From assembly GCA_902629855.1 (NCBI GenBank), contig CACOSI010000001.1, positions 91,846 to 155,845 on the forward strand: a stretch of 64,000 nucleotides of DNA. Direction: 5' to 3'. Position 1 is the stretch's first letter. Each line of letters opens with the position of its first letter. Of this stretch, positions 1-8,435 are shown piece by piece. A program made the position numbers and the translations under genes. The stretch is from an uncultured Fidelibacterota bacterium. Lineage in GTDB: Bacteria; Fidelibacterota; Marinisomatia; Marinisomatales; Marinisomataceae. A model generated the notes under the pieces. It had not been told where the DNA came from, searched no databases, and saw only the letters and a program-made list of their open reading frames with translations.

Positions 1-542
1 AATATATGTCTTGTTTTATAAAGAGTAGGAAAATCGGGTAGGCTGTCTTTATAAACATTAAAAAAATCTATAACATCTCCTCGAGAAACGGAAATATTTG
101 ATGTTAAAGAAGACGTGTATTTTTCTGCTAAAAGCTTACCTCTCATATCATCCCTATAAGATCTTTTGAACTCAGATATTTTTTTACCTAAAGCAAGCTC
201 TGCCTGTTCTTTTCCTCCTGTTTGAAGAATAATATTTTCAACTTGTTTATCCAGAGACCTATCTACATCTTTATCTAAAACCTCAACTGAATCGATTTCA
301 GCCATTTCAATTATTAAAAGCTGTTCTATCATGCTTTCTAATGATTGGTTTAATATATTATTATAAAGAGTTGGATTTTTGGTTGGGTTAATGTTTTGTT
401 GTGCAGCAATAGCATTAGCGGCCAAAACTACATCGCTCAATAAAACAATTTTATCCTCGACAACAGAAGCAACTCTGTCCAAAACAACCTTTTCCTGTGT
501 AAAGGCCAACCCTATGGTTAATATAAGTGTAAATAATTTCAT
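1..542 (-). CDS. SurA-like periplasmic chaperone/PPIase, N-terminal part (3' end runs off the window)
   Basis: I translated the minus strand from the ATG at 542-540: MKLFTLILTIGLAFTQEKVVLDRVASVVEDKIVLLSDVVLAANAIAAQQN... It stays open to position 1. It has a signal peptide followed by the DRV-AVV--I--S opening typical of SurA N-terminal domains. It is absent from the ORF track because there is no stop in the window. Its ATG overlaps the mnmG stop (ATGA). Confidence 0.6.
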   Translation of the reverse strand, partial: MKLFTLILTIGLAFTQEKVVLDRVASVVEDKIVLLSDVVLAANAIAAQQNINPTKNPTLYNNILNQSLESMIEQLLIIEMAEIDSVEVLDKDVDRSLDKQVENIILQTGGKEQAELALGKKISEFKRSYRDDMRGKLLAEKYTSSLTSNISVSRGDVIDFFNVYKDSLPDFPTLYKTRHI

Positions 543-2434
543 TTTTTTTGTTTCACGTGAAACGAACGCTTTAAATATACTAATAAAATAGATATATCTG
601 ATGGTCTTATTCCATCAATTCTACCAGCCTGACCAATTGTTTGGGGGCGTATTTTTTTAAATTTTTCTCTACTTTCATTTGAAAGGCTTTTTATTATATC
701 ATAATCAAAATTATTAGGTATTATTTTCTCTTCATATACTGCTATTTTATCAATTTCATCTTGTTGTCTATTAATATAACCACTGTATTTAATAATTGTT
801 TCAGCCTCAAACATTATTTCATCAATAAAATTATTTTGTGTAATTGTTTTTGGGACATTTAATATTTTTTGTTCAACATTTTTAATAAAAAATGTAGGCC
901 TTTTTATTAACGAGGATATTTTGATAGACTCTTTTATCGAGGACTCACCCATTTTTTTTAAAGTTTTGTTAATCTGTTTTGGTTTTATGCTTGTTTTTTC
1001 TAAAAGATCAACAACATCTTTGGTATGTTGAATTTTTTTAGCTAATGTATCAATTGTTTTTTTGTTTAGAAGGTTAAAATCTTCCGAATATTGTAACAAC
1101 CTTTGATCTGCATTTGAAGATCTCAGCTGTAGTCTATATTCAGCTCTTGATGTAAACATCCTATAAGGTTCATTTGTATCTTTTAAAATCAGATCATCTA
1201 TTAAAACACCCATATATGCGTCACTCCTCTTTAAAATCAAAGGATTTTTATTTTTCACATACATTGATGAATTTATTCCAGCCAAAAGACCTTGAGCAGA
1301 AGCTTCTTCATACCCAGAAGTTCCATTTATTTGCCCAGCTAAAAACAAACCATTAATTTCTTTACTTTCAAGGGTGTTTTTTAGTTGAGAGGGAAAGAAA
1401 AAATCATATTCAATTGCATATCCTGGTCTTATAAACTCAACATTTTCAAGCCCCTTCACGGTTTGAAGACACTTTAATTGAACATCCTCAGAAAGGCTTG
1501 TTGAAAACCCATTAACATAAATTTGTTCCGAATTACTCCACTCAGGTTCAAGCTGTAAAACATGTGAGGGGTTTTTACTAAATTTATAAACCTTATCTTC
1601 TATAGAAGGACAATATCTAGGCCCCGTGGACTTAACATTGCCTGAATACATTGCAGAGGATGAAAGGTTTTCTAAAATTAAAGAATGAGTTTTTTCATTT
1701 GTTCTAAAAGAGTAACAGGGTTCGTCTTTTGGATTAAAGCGTGCGGTTCTATATGAAAGAGGTTTGGGGTTTTTATCCCCATATCCAGCTTCTCCAACAC
1801 CCCAATCAACAGTATTTTTCTTAATACGAGGAGGAGTGCCGGTTTTAAGCCTTCCAGAAGAAAAACCCAAAGAAATTAAACACTCAGTAATACCCTCTGA
1901 TCTTTCTTCACCGTACCTCCCAGCCTTAATTTGCTCTTCACCTATATGAATGAGACCATTTAGAAAGGTTCCACAGGTTAAAACCACAGAGCTGCACGGA
2001 ATTTTGGTGTTGTCTCTAAGAAAAACACCGCAAATAGTGTTGTTTTTTATGTCCACAGAGACAACCTCTCCACCTAAAACCCTTAAAGAGGAGTTTTTAA
2101 TGTATTCTTGAACAACTGACTCATATTTTAGCTTATCTATTTGTGATCTAGGAGACCAAACCGAACGACCTTTTGACTTATTTAATGTTTTACTTTGAAG
2201 TGTACATTGGTCTGCAAAAAAACCCATAACACCACCCAAAACATCTACCTCTTTCACCATTTGCCCTTTAGCTAAACCCCCAATTGCTGGATTACAAGAG
2301 GTTCTACCAACCGACTTTTCATCCATAGAAACAAGAAGGGTTTTTAAACCAAGGTTTACAGCAGCTAAAGATGCTTCCACACCTGCGTGTCCTCCGCCAA
2401 CAACAACGAGATCATATTTATTATGTGGTTTCAC
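539..2434 (-). CDS. mnmG: tRNA uridine 5-carboxymethylaminomethyl modification enzyme MnmG (GidA)
   Basis: 631-aa ORF with the FAD fold YDLVVVGGGHAGVEAS at the N-terminus and full-length MnmG-like sequence. It lies directly downstream of mnmE. The start is GTG at 2434-2432. Confidence 0.95.
   Translation of the reverse strand: MKPHNKYDLVVVGGGHAGVEASLAAVNLGLKTLLVSMDEKSVGRTSCNPAIGGLAKGQMVKEVDVLGGVMGFFADQCTLQSKTLNKSKGRSVWSPRSQIDKLKYESVVQEYIKNSSLRVLGGEVVSVDIKNNTICGVFLRDNTKIPCSSVVLTCGTFLNGLIHIGEEQIKAGRYGEERSEGITECLISLGFSSGRLKTGTPPRIKKNTVDWGVGEAGYGDKNPKPLSYRTARFNPKDEPCYSFRTNEKTHSLILENLSSSAMYSGNVKSTGPRYCPSIEDKVYKFSKNPSHVLQLEPEWSNSEQIYVNGFSTSLSEDVQLKCLQTVKGLENVEFIRPGYAIEYDFFFPSQLKNTLESKEINGLFLAGQINGTSGYEEASAQGLLAGINSSMYVKNKNPLILKRSDAYMGVLIDDLILKDTNEPYRMFTSRAEYRLQLRSSNADQRLLQYSEDFNLLNKKTIDTLAKKIQHTKDVVDLLEKTSIKPKQINKTLKKMGESSIKESIKISSLIKRPTFFIKNVEQKILNVPKTITQNNFIDEIMFEAETIIKYSGYINRQQDEIDKIAVYEEKIIPNNFDYDIIKSLSNESREKFKKIRPQTIGQAGRIDGIRPSDISILLVYLKRSFHVKQKK
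550..563. repeat. 14-bp perfect palindrome GTTTCACGTGAAAC, copy 1 (3' end of mnmG, 8 nt upstream of the surA-like ATG)
   Basis: Read directly from the sequence: g550 tttcacgtga aac563. It is identical to 2428-2441. Confidence 0.9.
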
Positions 2435-2441
2435 GTGAAAC
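2428..2441. repeat. 14-bp perfect palindrome GTTTCACGTGAAAC, copy 2 (spans the mnmE stop and the mnmG GTG start)
   Basis: Read directly from the sequence: g2428 tt tcacgtgaaa c2441. It contains the last base of the mnmE TAG and the mnmG GTG start codon. Confidence 0.9.
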
Positions 2442-3724
2442 TACTTACCCACACAAAAAGAGGAAAAAACGACATCAAGAACATCATCTTTTGTTGTTTT
2501 TTCGGTTAACATGTCTAAAAAAGATATAGTTTGAGAAAGTTCTTCTGCAACAAGCTCTAAAGAAAGGTCTGTGGAAAGATGCTTTCTTGCGTTTTCTAAA
2601 GATTTTTTTGCCTTCAAAACAAGGTGTAGCTGTCTAAGTGTTGTTATTTGAGCTTCTGTACCCGATTTTGACACAGCTAAAGCAGACGAAATTTTTTTAT
2701 TTAACCCCTCAACGTTTTTTCCATTTTTTGCAGATATAGAAATGTCATACTCTCCAGAAGGGGGGCCAAGGTCTATTTTATTGAAAACATATATATGGTT
2801 TTTTTTGGGTTTTTTGGGCTTTTCTTCAAGACATATAACAACATCAGCGACAACCAGCTCTTCTTTAGATTTTTTAATACCAACTTTTTCAACAGGGTCT
2901 TTTGAGTCCCTAATTCCAGCAGTGTCTTTTAGGTTTATTGGAATACTATCAATTAAAATATCTTTTTCGACCACATCACGGGTGGTTCCAGGTATTTCTG
3001 TAACAATAGCTCTATTAGAACCAACCATTCTATTAAACAAGGTGGACTTTCCAGCATTTGGCGGCCCAGATATAACCACCGATGCACCAGAAACTAAAAA
3101 TGAAGATGATTTAAAGCTTTTTGCAATGTATTCAATTTTTTTGTGAACTCTTTTAACTAAAGAAAGAGAATCCTTAACGAGGTTTGGCTGGAGATCCTCC
3201 TCTGAAATGTCAAGGTTAAACTCAATGTTTGCCAAACAGGAAAGAATAGAGGCCTTAATCTTTTTAATTCTTTTTGAAACGCCGCCACCAAGGTTTTTAA
3301 TGCCAAGCTTTACACCTTCAACAGATTTAGCATGTATTATATCAGAGACAGCCTCTGCCTCAGAAATATCCAGCTTTCCGTTTAAAAAAGCTGTTTTGGT
3401 AAATTCGCCAGGCTCAGCAAGAGTGCATCCATATGAGCAACAAATCTCTAAAATCTTAGAAATAATAACGGGGTTTCCATGACAAGAAATCTCAACCATG
3501 TTTTCACCAGTATATGTTTTGGGTGAAAGATATGCGGTGGCGACTATTTCGTCAAAAACATCGCCCTTTTTATCATAAACCTTATATTTTTTTGATACAG
3601 CATGCACAGGCTTGGCGTTTGTTTTAGTAATTTTTTTAAAAACATCAAAAGAATTTTTTCCCGACAAACGAACAACAGCTATACCGCTTGTGCCTAATGG
3701 CGTTGAGCATGCAACAAAAGGCAT
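2441..3724 (-). CDS. mnmE: tRNA modification GTPase MnmE (TrmE)
   Basis: 427-aa ORF with the P-loop GPPNAGKSTLFN, DTAGIR, and the characteristic C-terminal FCVGK tetrapeptide region. Confidence 0.95.
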   Translation of the reverse strand: MPFVACSTPLGTSGIAVVRLSGKNSFDVFKKITKTNAKPVHAVSKKYKVYDKKGDVFDEIVATAYLSPKTYTGENMVEISCHGNPVIISKILEICCSYGCTLAEPGEFTKTAFLNGKLDISEAEAVSDIIHAKSVEGVKLGIKNLGGGVSKRIKKIKASILSCLANIEFNLDISEEDLQPNLVKDSLSLVKRVHKKIEYIAKSFKSSSFLVSGASVVISGPPNAGKSTLFNRMVGSNRAIVTEIPGTTRDVVEKDILIDSIPINLKDTAGIRDSKDPVEKVGIKKSKEELVVADVVICLEEKPKKPKKNHIYVFNKIDLGPPSGEYDISISAKNGKNVEGLNKKISSALAVSKSGTEAQITTLRQLHLVLKAKKSLENARKHLSTDLSLELVAEELSQTISFLDMLTEKTTKDDVLDVVFSSFCVGK

Positions 3725-3728
3725 TGGT

Positions 3729-5381
3729 TTATTTTTGTTTAGGTTCGTTGTTAATTATTTTTTGCTGCGCTATTTGCATTAGGTTAAAGCAAAAATAGTA
3801 AAGATTGAGACCAGAAGGGAAAGAGTAAAAGAGGAAAAACATCATCCCAGGAAACATATACTTCATCATTTGCTGAGTAGCTTCCTGTGCGGGGTCACCG
3901 CCAGCCGGTTGAGAGGCCGTGCTCATCTTCATTGTATAATACATTGATATAGACATTAAAAACGGAAGTATGTTTACGGGTATGGGGCCAACATAAAACA
4001 AAGTATCTGCTGCTGACAGATCATTAATCCAGAGCAAAAAGGACTCACCCCTAAACTCAATAGTATTTCTAAAGACAAGAAAAACTGCCATCAACACAGG
4101 CATTTGAATCAACAGGGGCAAACAACCAGCAAGAGGGTTTATTTTGTTTTGTTGGAACAGAGCTGCAATTTTTTGCTGCTGAAGGGTAGGGTTGTTTTTA
4201 TATTTTGTTTTTATTCTGTTAAGCTCAGGAGATATTTCTTGCATTTTTTTTGAAGACCTCAGCTGTTTTGCCATCAACGGATAAGTTACCAGCTTGATTA
4301 GAATAGCAAAAAGAACAACAACTACACCATAGTTTGGAACTAATCCATGTAAAAAAATCATTATTGTATAAACAAGCCACGAAACGGAGGAGAGCCATTG
4401 CCACCCAAGAATTTTCTTTTCTAAACCAACCCCCAGAGAACTAACAGCCGAATAGTCGAGAGGGCCAAAAAATAAGTCTGTTTTTTCAAAGTTAATATCT
4501 TGAACAACACCAAGGTCGACACCAACTCTTTTGTTTGTAGAATATTTTGTTATTTCAACTAGATCTGATTTTTGTGGAACAAAGAAAATGCCAAAATATT
4601 TTGTTCTATAACCTACAAACTCAGATTGACCAACATATTGCTTGCTATCTCTTTCGATGTCCAAAGACGATCCGCCAAAAAGACCTGCGGAGCCCACCCT
4701 ATAAGAATCTATACTTCCAGCCTGACTTATAAGCCCCTCCATAAACATTGCATCTTGAGATCCTTCTGTTTGTGGCAAACCGCCAACCCAAGATATAGTG
4801 TATTTTTGATCTAAGGTAAGGTCTTTTATTTCCCTTAAAGAGGTTTCTACTGTTACCACATAAGAGTTGTGATTAAAAATAAGTTTTTTAGTAACTCTTT
4901 TTCCTAAAACTGTTTTTTGGTATAGCAAAGAGGTTGAAGGGTTTTCCTCAGAAAGCGTGTGCTTTTCAGGGCCGGAGTAAACCCAACCCTTGTCCAAAAC
5001 CACAACGTCGCCCGACTGGTCTATGAAGCTGATAACCAAATTTTCTTCGTTAGACCTATCAACAAGATTAAGAGATGCCTCAGATTTTTTTAGGTGGTCT
5101 TTTATCTCAAAAGAAACAATTGATCCTCCCCCAAGAGAGCTAACTTTGGCGCTATATAAACCACCGCTCACGGTTGTTTCAACAACCTCTATGTTTACGT
5201 TGGGAGAGACATCCTTTTTAGCAGATTCCCCAGAGTATTTTTCAATAACATCTTCAACAACAACCGTTTCGTTGGTTGCTTTTTCTTGCGGCTTGCTCGG
5301 AGAAAGAAGCTCAAGGTATGTGGGCCAAAGAAGAAGTATTAGCCCGATTAAAAGAAAGCCTATAAGTGTTTTACGATCCAT
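3729..5381 (-). CDS. yidC: membrane protein insertase YidC
   Basis: 550-aa ORF with an N-terminal TM, a large periplasmic domain, and the C-terminal multi-TM 60-kDa insertase core (…QEISPELNRIKTKYKNNP…INPLAGCLPLLIQMPVLMAVF…). It sits in the canonical rpmH/yidC/mnmE neighbourhood. Confidence 0.93.
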   Translation of the reverse strand: MDRKTLIGFLLIGLILLLWPTYLELLSPSKPQEKATNETVVVEDVIEKYSGESAKKDVSPNVNIEVVETTVSGGLYSAKVSSLGGGSIVSFEIKDHLKKSEASLNLVDRSNEENLVISFIDQSGDVVVLDKGWVYSGPEKHTLSEENPSTSLLYQKTVLGKRVTKKLIFNHNSYVVTVETSLREIKDLTLDQKYTISWVGGLPQTEGSQDAMFMEGLISQAGSIDSYRVGSAGLFGGSSLDIERDSKQYVGQSEFVGYRTKYFGIFFVPQKSDLVEITKYSTNKRVGVDLGVVQDINFEKTDLFFGPLDYSAVSSLGVGLEKKILGWQWLSSVSWLVYTIMIFLHGLVPNYGVVVVLFAILIKLVTYPLMAKQLRSSKKMQEISPELNRIKTKYKNNPTLQQQKIAALFQQNKINPLAGCLPLLIQMPVLMAVFLVFRNTIEFRGESFLLWINDLSAADTLFYVGPIPVNILPFLMSISMYYTMKMSTASQPAGGDPAQEATQQMMKYMFPGMMFFLFYSFPSGLNLYYFCFNLMQIAQQKIINNEPKQK

Positions 5382-5382
5382 T

Positions 5383-5523
5383 TTAAGAAGAAACTGTTAG
5401 GCGCTTGCGACCCTTTTTCTTTCTAGCCGCCAAAACCTTTTTTCCGCCAACAGACGAGTTTCTTTTCATAAAACCGTGCTTGTTTTTTCTTTTCCTGTTG
5501 CTTGGCTGGTAAGTTCTTTTCAT
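5383..5523 (-). CDS. rpmH: 50S ribosomal protein L34
   Basis: I translated 5523->5383: [46 protein letters not shown] (46 aa). This matches the L34 consensus. It is too short for the supplied ORF track. Confidence 0.9.
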   Translation of the reverse strand: MKRTYQPSNRKRKNKHGFMKRNSSVGGKKVLAARKKKGRKRLTVSS

Positions 5524-5661
5524 AATTATATATTGACGAAATATAGCTCTATAAAACTACTTGTAAAACAAATAAAACAGCACAAAAGATTAAAAAAAGC
5601 TAGGTGCAAATAAAAAAAGACAGTAATGTATTTAGCACAAAAAGTGCACATGTTAATAATT

Positions 5662-5670
5662 TGTGGATAA
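5662..5670 (-). promoter_or_regulatory. perfect consensus DnaA box (TTATCCACA on the minus strand), 2 nt upstream of the dnaA ATG
   Basis: The plus strand reads tgtggataa at 5662-5670, the reverse complement of TTATCCACA. It is the only perfect box I found in the 149-nt rpmH-dnaA spacer. Confidence 0.7.
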
Positions 5671-5672
5671 CT

Positions 5673-7013
5673 ATGGAATATAAAAAATTTTGGGAAACTG
5701 CCTCTAAAGACTTGAAAACAAGCCTACCAGCACACGCATATGAGGCGTGGATCGAGACTCTAACACCCGTAGGAATAACAAACAACATACTTATTCTAGA
5801 GGCGCCAAACCAATTCGCATACGATTGGATTATTAATAATTATAACGACATAATATTGAGTGCAATTAAAGAAGTTGACAACAAGGTTCAATTAAAGGTT
5901 TCGATTGCACCCCAGTCAGAACAAAGCATTTCAGCAACCAAGCTTGATGCAAGCGAGCCAACCAAACAAAGCAACCCGGGAAGAAGAAGTAACATTAATC
6001 CCAACAACATGTTTACAAGCTTTATTGAGGGGCCAAACAATGTTTTTGCCAAAAACGCGGCTACAAGAGTAGCAGCATCCCCAGGAGAGGCAGACTTCAA
6101 CCCCCTAATAATTTACGGGGGAGTTGGCCTTGGAAAAACACACCTTTTACACTCAATTGCAAATGCGCTGATAACGGGAAAAAAACAACTTAATGTTGTT
6201 CTTGCGTCATCAGAAAAGTTTACAAACGACTTTATTGCAAGCATTCAAGAAAATAAATCTTTAGACTTTTCTAAGGTTTATAGAAAAGCAGACGTTTTAT
6301 TGATTGATGACATTCAGTTCTTTCAAGGAAAAGAGCAGACACAAGAACAGTTTTTTCACACATTTAACGAACTATATACCGCAGGAAAGCAAATTGTTAT
6401 GACAGCCGACAGGTATCCTGGAGAGATGGTTGGTCTTCAAGATAGGCTCTTGTCTAGATTTGAGTCGGGGCTTCACGCAGACATTCAGCCCCCAGACTTT
6501 GAAACAAGGGTTGCAATATTATCAACTAAAGCGAAGCAGAACAACATACAAATTCCGCCTGAACACCTAGAAAAAATAGCTTCTCATGTAAGAACAAACA
6601 TCAGAGACCTAGAAAGCTGTGTTACAAAAATATTTGCACACGCAACCCTTTCAGGAGAAACAATAAACGACGCTCTGATTGAGTCAATAATTAGGGAAAG
6701 GCTAGGAGACCAGGGATATGGACAAGCCAATATGCAAGATGTGGTGAGTGGTGTTTGTGGAATATTTTCTGTTTCGCAAGAAGAAATAGTTGGATCATCT
6801 AGAAGAAAAAACATAGCAGAGGCAAGACAGGTTGCAGCATACTTAGCAAGAGAGGTTTTAGATATGCCGCTAAGTGAAATTGGTATGCACCTTGGGGGCA
6901 GAGACCACACTACAATTATGCACGCACATAAAAAGGTCTCAGAAATGTTAAAAAAAGACGATAAATTTAGAAGAAGAGTAGATATTATCTATAACGAATT
7001 AAATCTTAGTTAG
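5673..7013 (+). CDS. dnaA: chromosomal replication initiator DnaA
   Basis: AAA+ Walker A GGVGLGKTHLLHSI, Walker B LLIDDIQF, and the C-terminal DNA-binding region …GGRDHTTIMHAHKKV. I chose ATG 5673 (MEYKKFWETASKDL…, typical domain I) over the track's GTG at 5604. Confidence 0.93.
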   Translation: MEYKKFWETASKDLKTSLPAHAYEAWIETLTPVGITNNILILEAPNQFAYDWIINNYNDIILSAIKEVDNKVQLKVSIAPQSEQSISATKLDASEPTKQSNPGRRSNINPNNMFTSFIEGPNNVFAKNAATRVAASPGEADFNPLIIYGGVGLGKTHLLHSIANALITGKKQLNVVLASSEKFTNDFIASIQENKSLDFSKVYRKADVLLIDDIQFFQGKEQTQEQFFHTFNELYTAGKQIVMTADRYPGEMVGLQDRLLSRFESGLHADIQPPDFETRVAILSTKAKQNNIQIPPEHLEKIASHVRTNIRDLESCVTKIFAHATLSGETINDALIESIIRERLGDQGYGQANMQDVVSGVCGIFSVSQEEIVGSSRRKNIAEARQVAAYLAREVLDMPLSEIGMHLGGRDHTTIMHAHKKVSEMLKKDDKFRRRVDIIYNELNLS

Positions 7014-7021
7014 AGGAAATT

Positions 7022-7465
7022 ATGGCAAAAGGAACAGTAAACAAGGTAACATTAATAGGAAGACTCGGACAAGATCCAGAAATAAGGTTTACCGGAGAAG
7101 GAAATGCGGTCGCAAGCTTCAGTGTAGCAACAAACGAGTCCTGGAAAGACAAAGACGGCGTAATGCAAGAAAGAACCGAGTGGACAAAGTGCACAGTTTT
7201 TGGCCCATCAGCAGAAAAGTATATTCAACCCTATGTTAAAAAGGGAACGCTAGTATATGTTGAAGGCTCGCTCAAAACAGACAAGTGGCAAGACAAAGAA
7301 GGAAACGAAAGATATTCAACGGGCGTGGTAGCAAACAACTACGGCGGGGTACAAATTCTGGGGGGCGGAGAATCATCAATGGACACATCCGGCGGAATGA
7401 ACCAAACACCAAAAAAGGAAGAAAACCTTGACCAAACCGTCGAAGATGACGACCTTCCTTTTTAA
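7022..7465 (+). CDS. ssb: single-stranded DNA-binding protein
   Basis: OB-fold N-terminus VNKVTLIGRLGQDPEIRFT, a Gly-rich linker, and the acidic tip DDDLPF. Confidence 0.93.
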   Translation: MAKGTVNKVTLIGRLGQDPEIRFTGEGNAVASFSVATNESWKDKDGVMQERTEWTKCTVFGPSAEKYIQPYVKKGTLVYVEGSLKTDKWQDKEGNERYSTGVVANNYGGVQILGGGESSMDTSGGMNQTPKKEENLDQTVEDDDLPF

Positions 7466-8086
7466 GTGAAGAAGTCTCACCCAAGAAGCAAGACAACAAG
7501 GAGGATTCTTGGCTATTTTGCTTCGTTTCTCTGCTTTCTTCTTACGAGCTTTACTTCGCGAGGCCAAGAAAACCTACCAAAAAAAGGACCTTACATAATT
7601 GCGCCAAACCACATTGATGATGTTGATCCCGTTCCACTAACAGCAGCTATTGGAAAACCAATTACATACCTCATGGCACAAGATCAAGTGGTTCTTCCTT
7701 GGTATAAAGCTTGGGGCCCGTGGTCATATGGAGTTCTCTTGGTAAACCGCTCAAAGATACAATACTCCTCAATGAAAAAAGTTCAAAGTCAAATAAAAGC
7801 TGGAGAGATTGTTTGTATTTTCCCGGAAGGAACAGTGAAGGGAGAGGGGCTAAAAGAGGGAAAAAGGGGCGTAGCTTTTTTTGCAAAGAAAAACGACATC
7901 CCTATAATTCCTGTTGGAATAACAGGAACCCGTGGTATAATAGAAAAAATTCGTAAATTAAAAAAACAAAAGGTACATGTTGAGATAGGCAGGCCGATTT
8001 ATCCAAACCAGGCGAGAGAGCAAAAAGAGCTCACCGAAAAGGTAATGAAAGAAATTAAAAACCTGCTACCAACTGATCACCATTGA
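7466..8086 (+). CDS. 1-acyl-sn-glycerol-3-phosphate acyltransferase-like (PlsC/LPLAT family)
   Basis: HX4D motif (APNHIDDVDP) and the FPEGT motif. The GTG start directly follows the ssb stop, so the start is uncertain. Confidence 0.75.
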   Translation: MKKSHPRSKTTRRILGYFASFLCFLLTSFTSRGQENLPKKGPYIIAPNHIDDVDPVPLTAAIGKPITYLMAQDQVVLPWYKAWGPWSYGVLLVNRSKIQYSSMKKVQSQIKAGEIVCIFPEGTVKGEGLKEGKRGVAFFAKKNDIPIIPVGITGTRGIIEKIRKLKKQKVHVEIGRPIYPNQAREQKELTEKVMKEIKNLLPTDHH

Positions 8087-8096
8087 GAAAAAAATA

Positions 8097-8435
8097 ATGA
8101 CAATAGAAATCATAACGACAATATTAAAAACAGCAATAGCATCAGCACTATTTTTTGTTTGGGTTGTAAGGTATAAAAACATAGTAAGAGAGTTTGAGCA
8201 AGACTTTAATTATCCATCTTGGCTAAGAGATTTAACTGGAATAATAAAGCTAACTTGTGCAGCTCTTCTTTTTTATCCAGAACAACAACTACAAAACATT
8301 GGGCTTTTGGGTATAGTGACACTAATGGTTTTTGCAATACTTACACACATTAGGATTAAAAACACTCTTAGAAAGACAATTCCTGCTGTAGCGCTTATAA
8401 GCCTGTGTTTGCTGCTTTTGTTTTTTAACGGCTAG
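8097..8435 (+). CDS. small 4-helix membrane protein, possibly DoxX-like
   Basis: 112-aa ORF with four hydrophobic segments. The family assignment is recollection only. Confidence 0.4.
   Translation: MTIEIITTILKTAIASALFFVWVVRYKNIVREFEQDFNYPSWLRDLTGIIKLTCAALLFYPEQQLQNIGLLGIVTLMVFAILTHIRIKNTLRKTIPAVALISLCLLLLFFNG

Noticed and set aside
379-591. 70-aa plus-strand ORF from the track
   Set aside because: It lies antisense across the surA-like N-terminus and the mnmG 3' end, both of which have clear family signatures. Its sequence is low-complexity hydrophobic.
2742-3482. 134-aa and 91-aa plus-strand ORFs inside mnmE
   Set aside because: They are antisense to a confidently identified gene. They have no motifs and are typical shadow ORFs.
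4990-5400. 136-aa plus-strand ORF
   Set aside because: It is antisense to the yidC 5' region and runs into rpmH. It is Ser/Thr-rich with no start context.
5604-5672. N-terminal extension of dnaA from GTG 5604 (track start)
   Set aside because: The extension would cover the perfect DnaA box and an AT-rich spacer. ATG 5673 gives a typical DnaA domain-I opening. Similar TTG/GTG track extensions were trimmed for purC (17358-17384), purM (19634-19666), the hydrolase (23278-23295) and the B12-domain gene (51288-51305).
5524-5672. Calling the rpmH-dnaA spacer oriC
   Set aside because: I found only one perfect DnaA box, and the other candidates match at most 6 of 9 positions. I also saw no obvious 13-mer-type AT-rich repeat set. 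This is not enough to call an origin.
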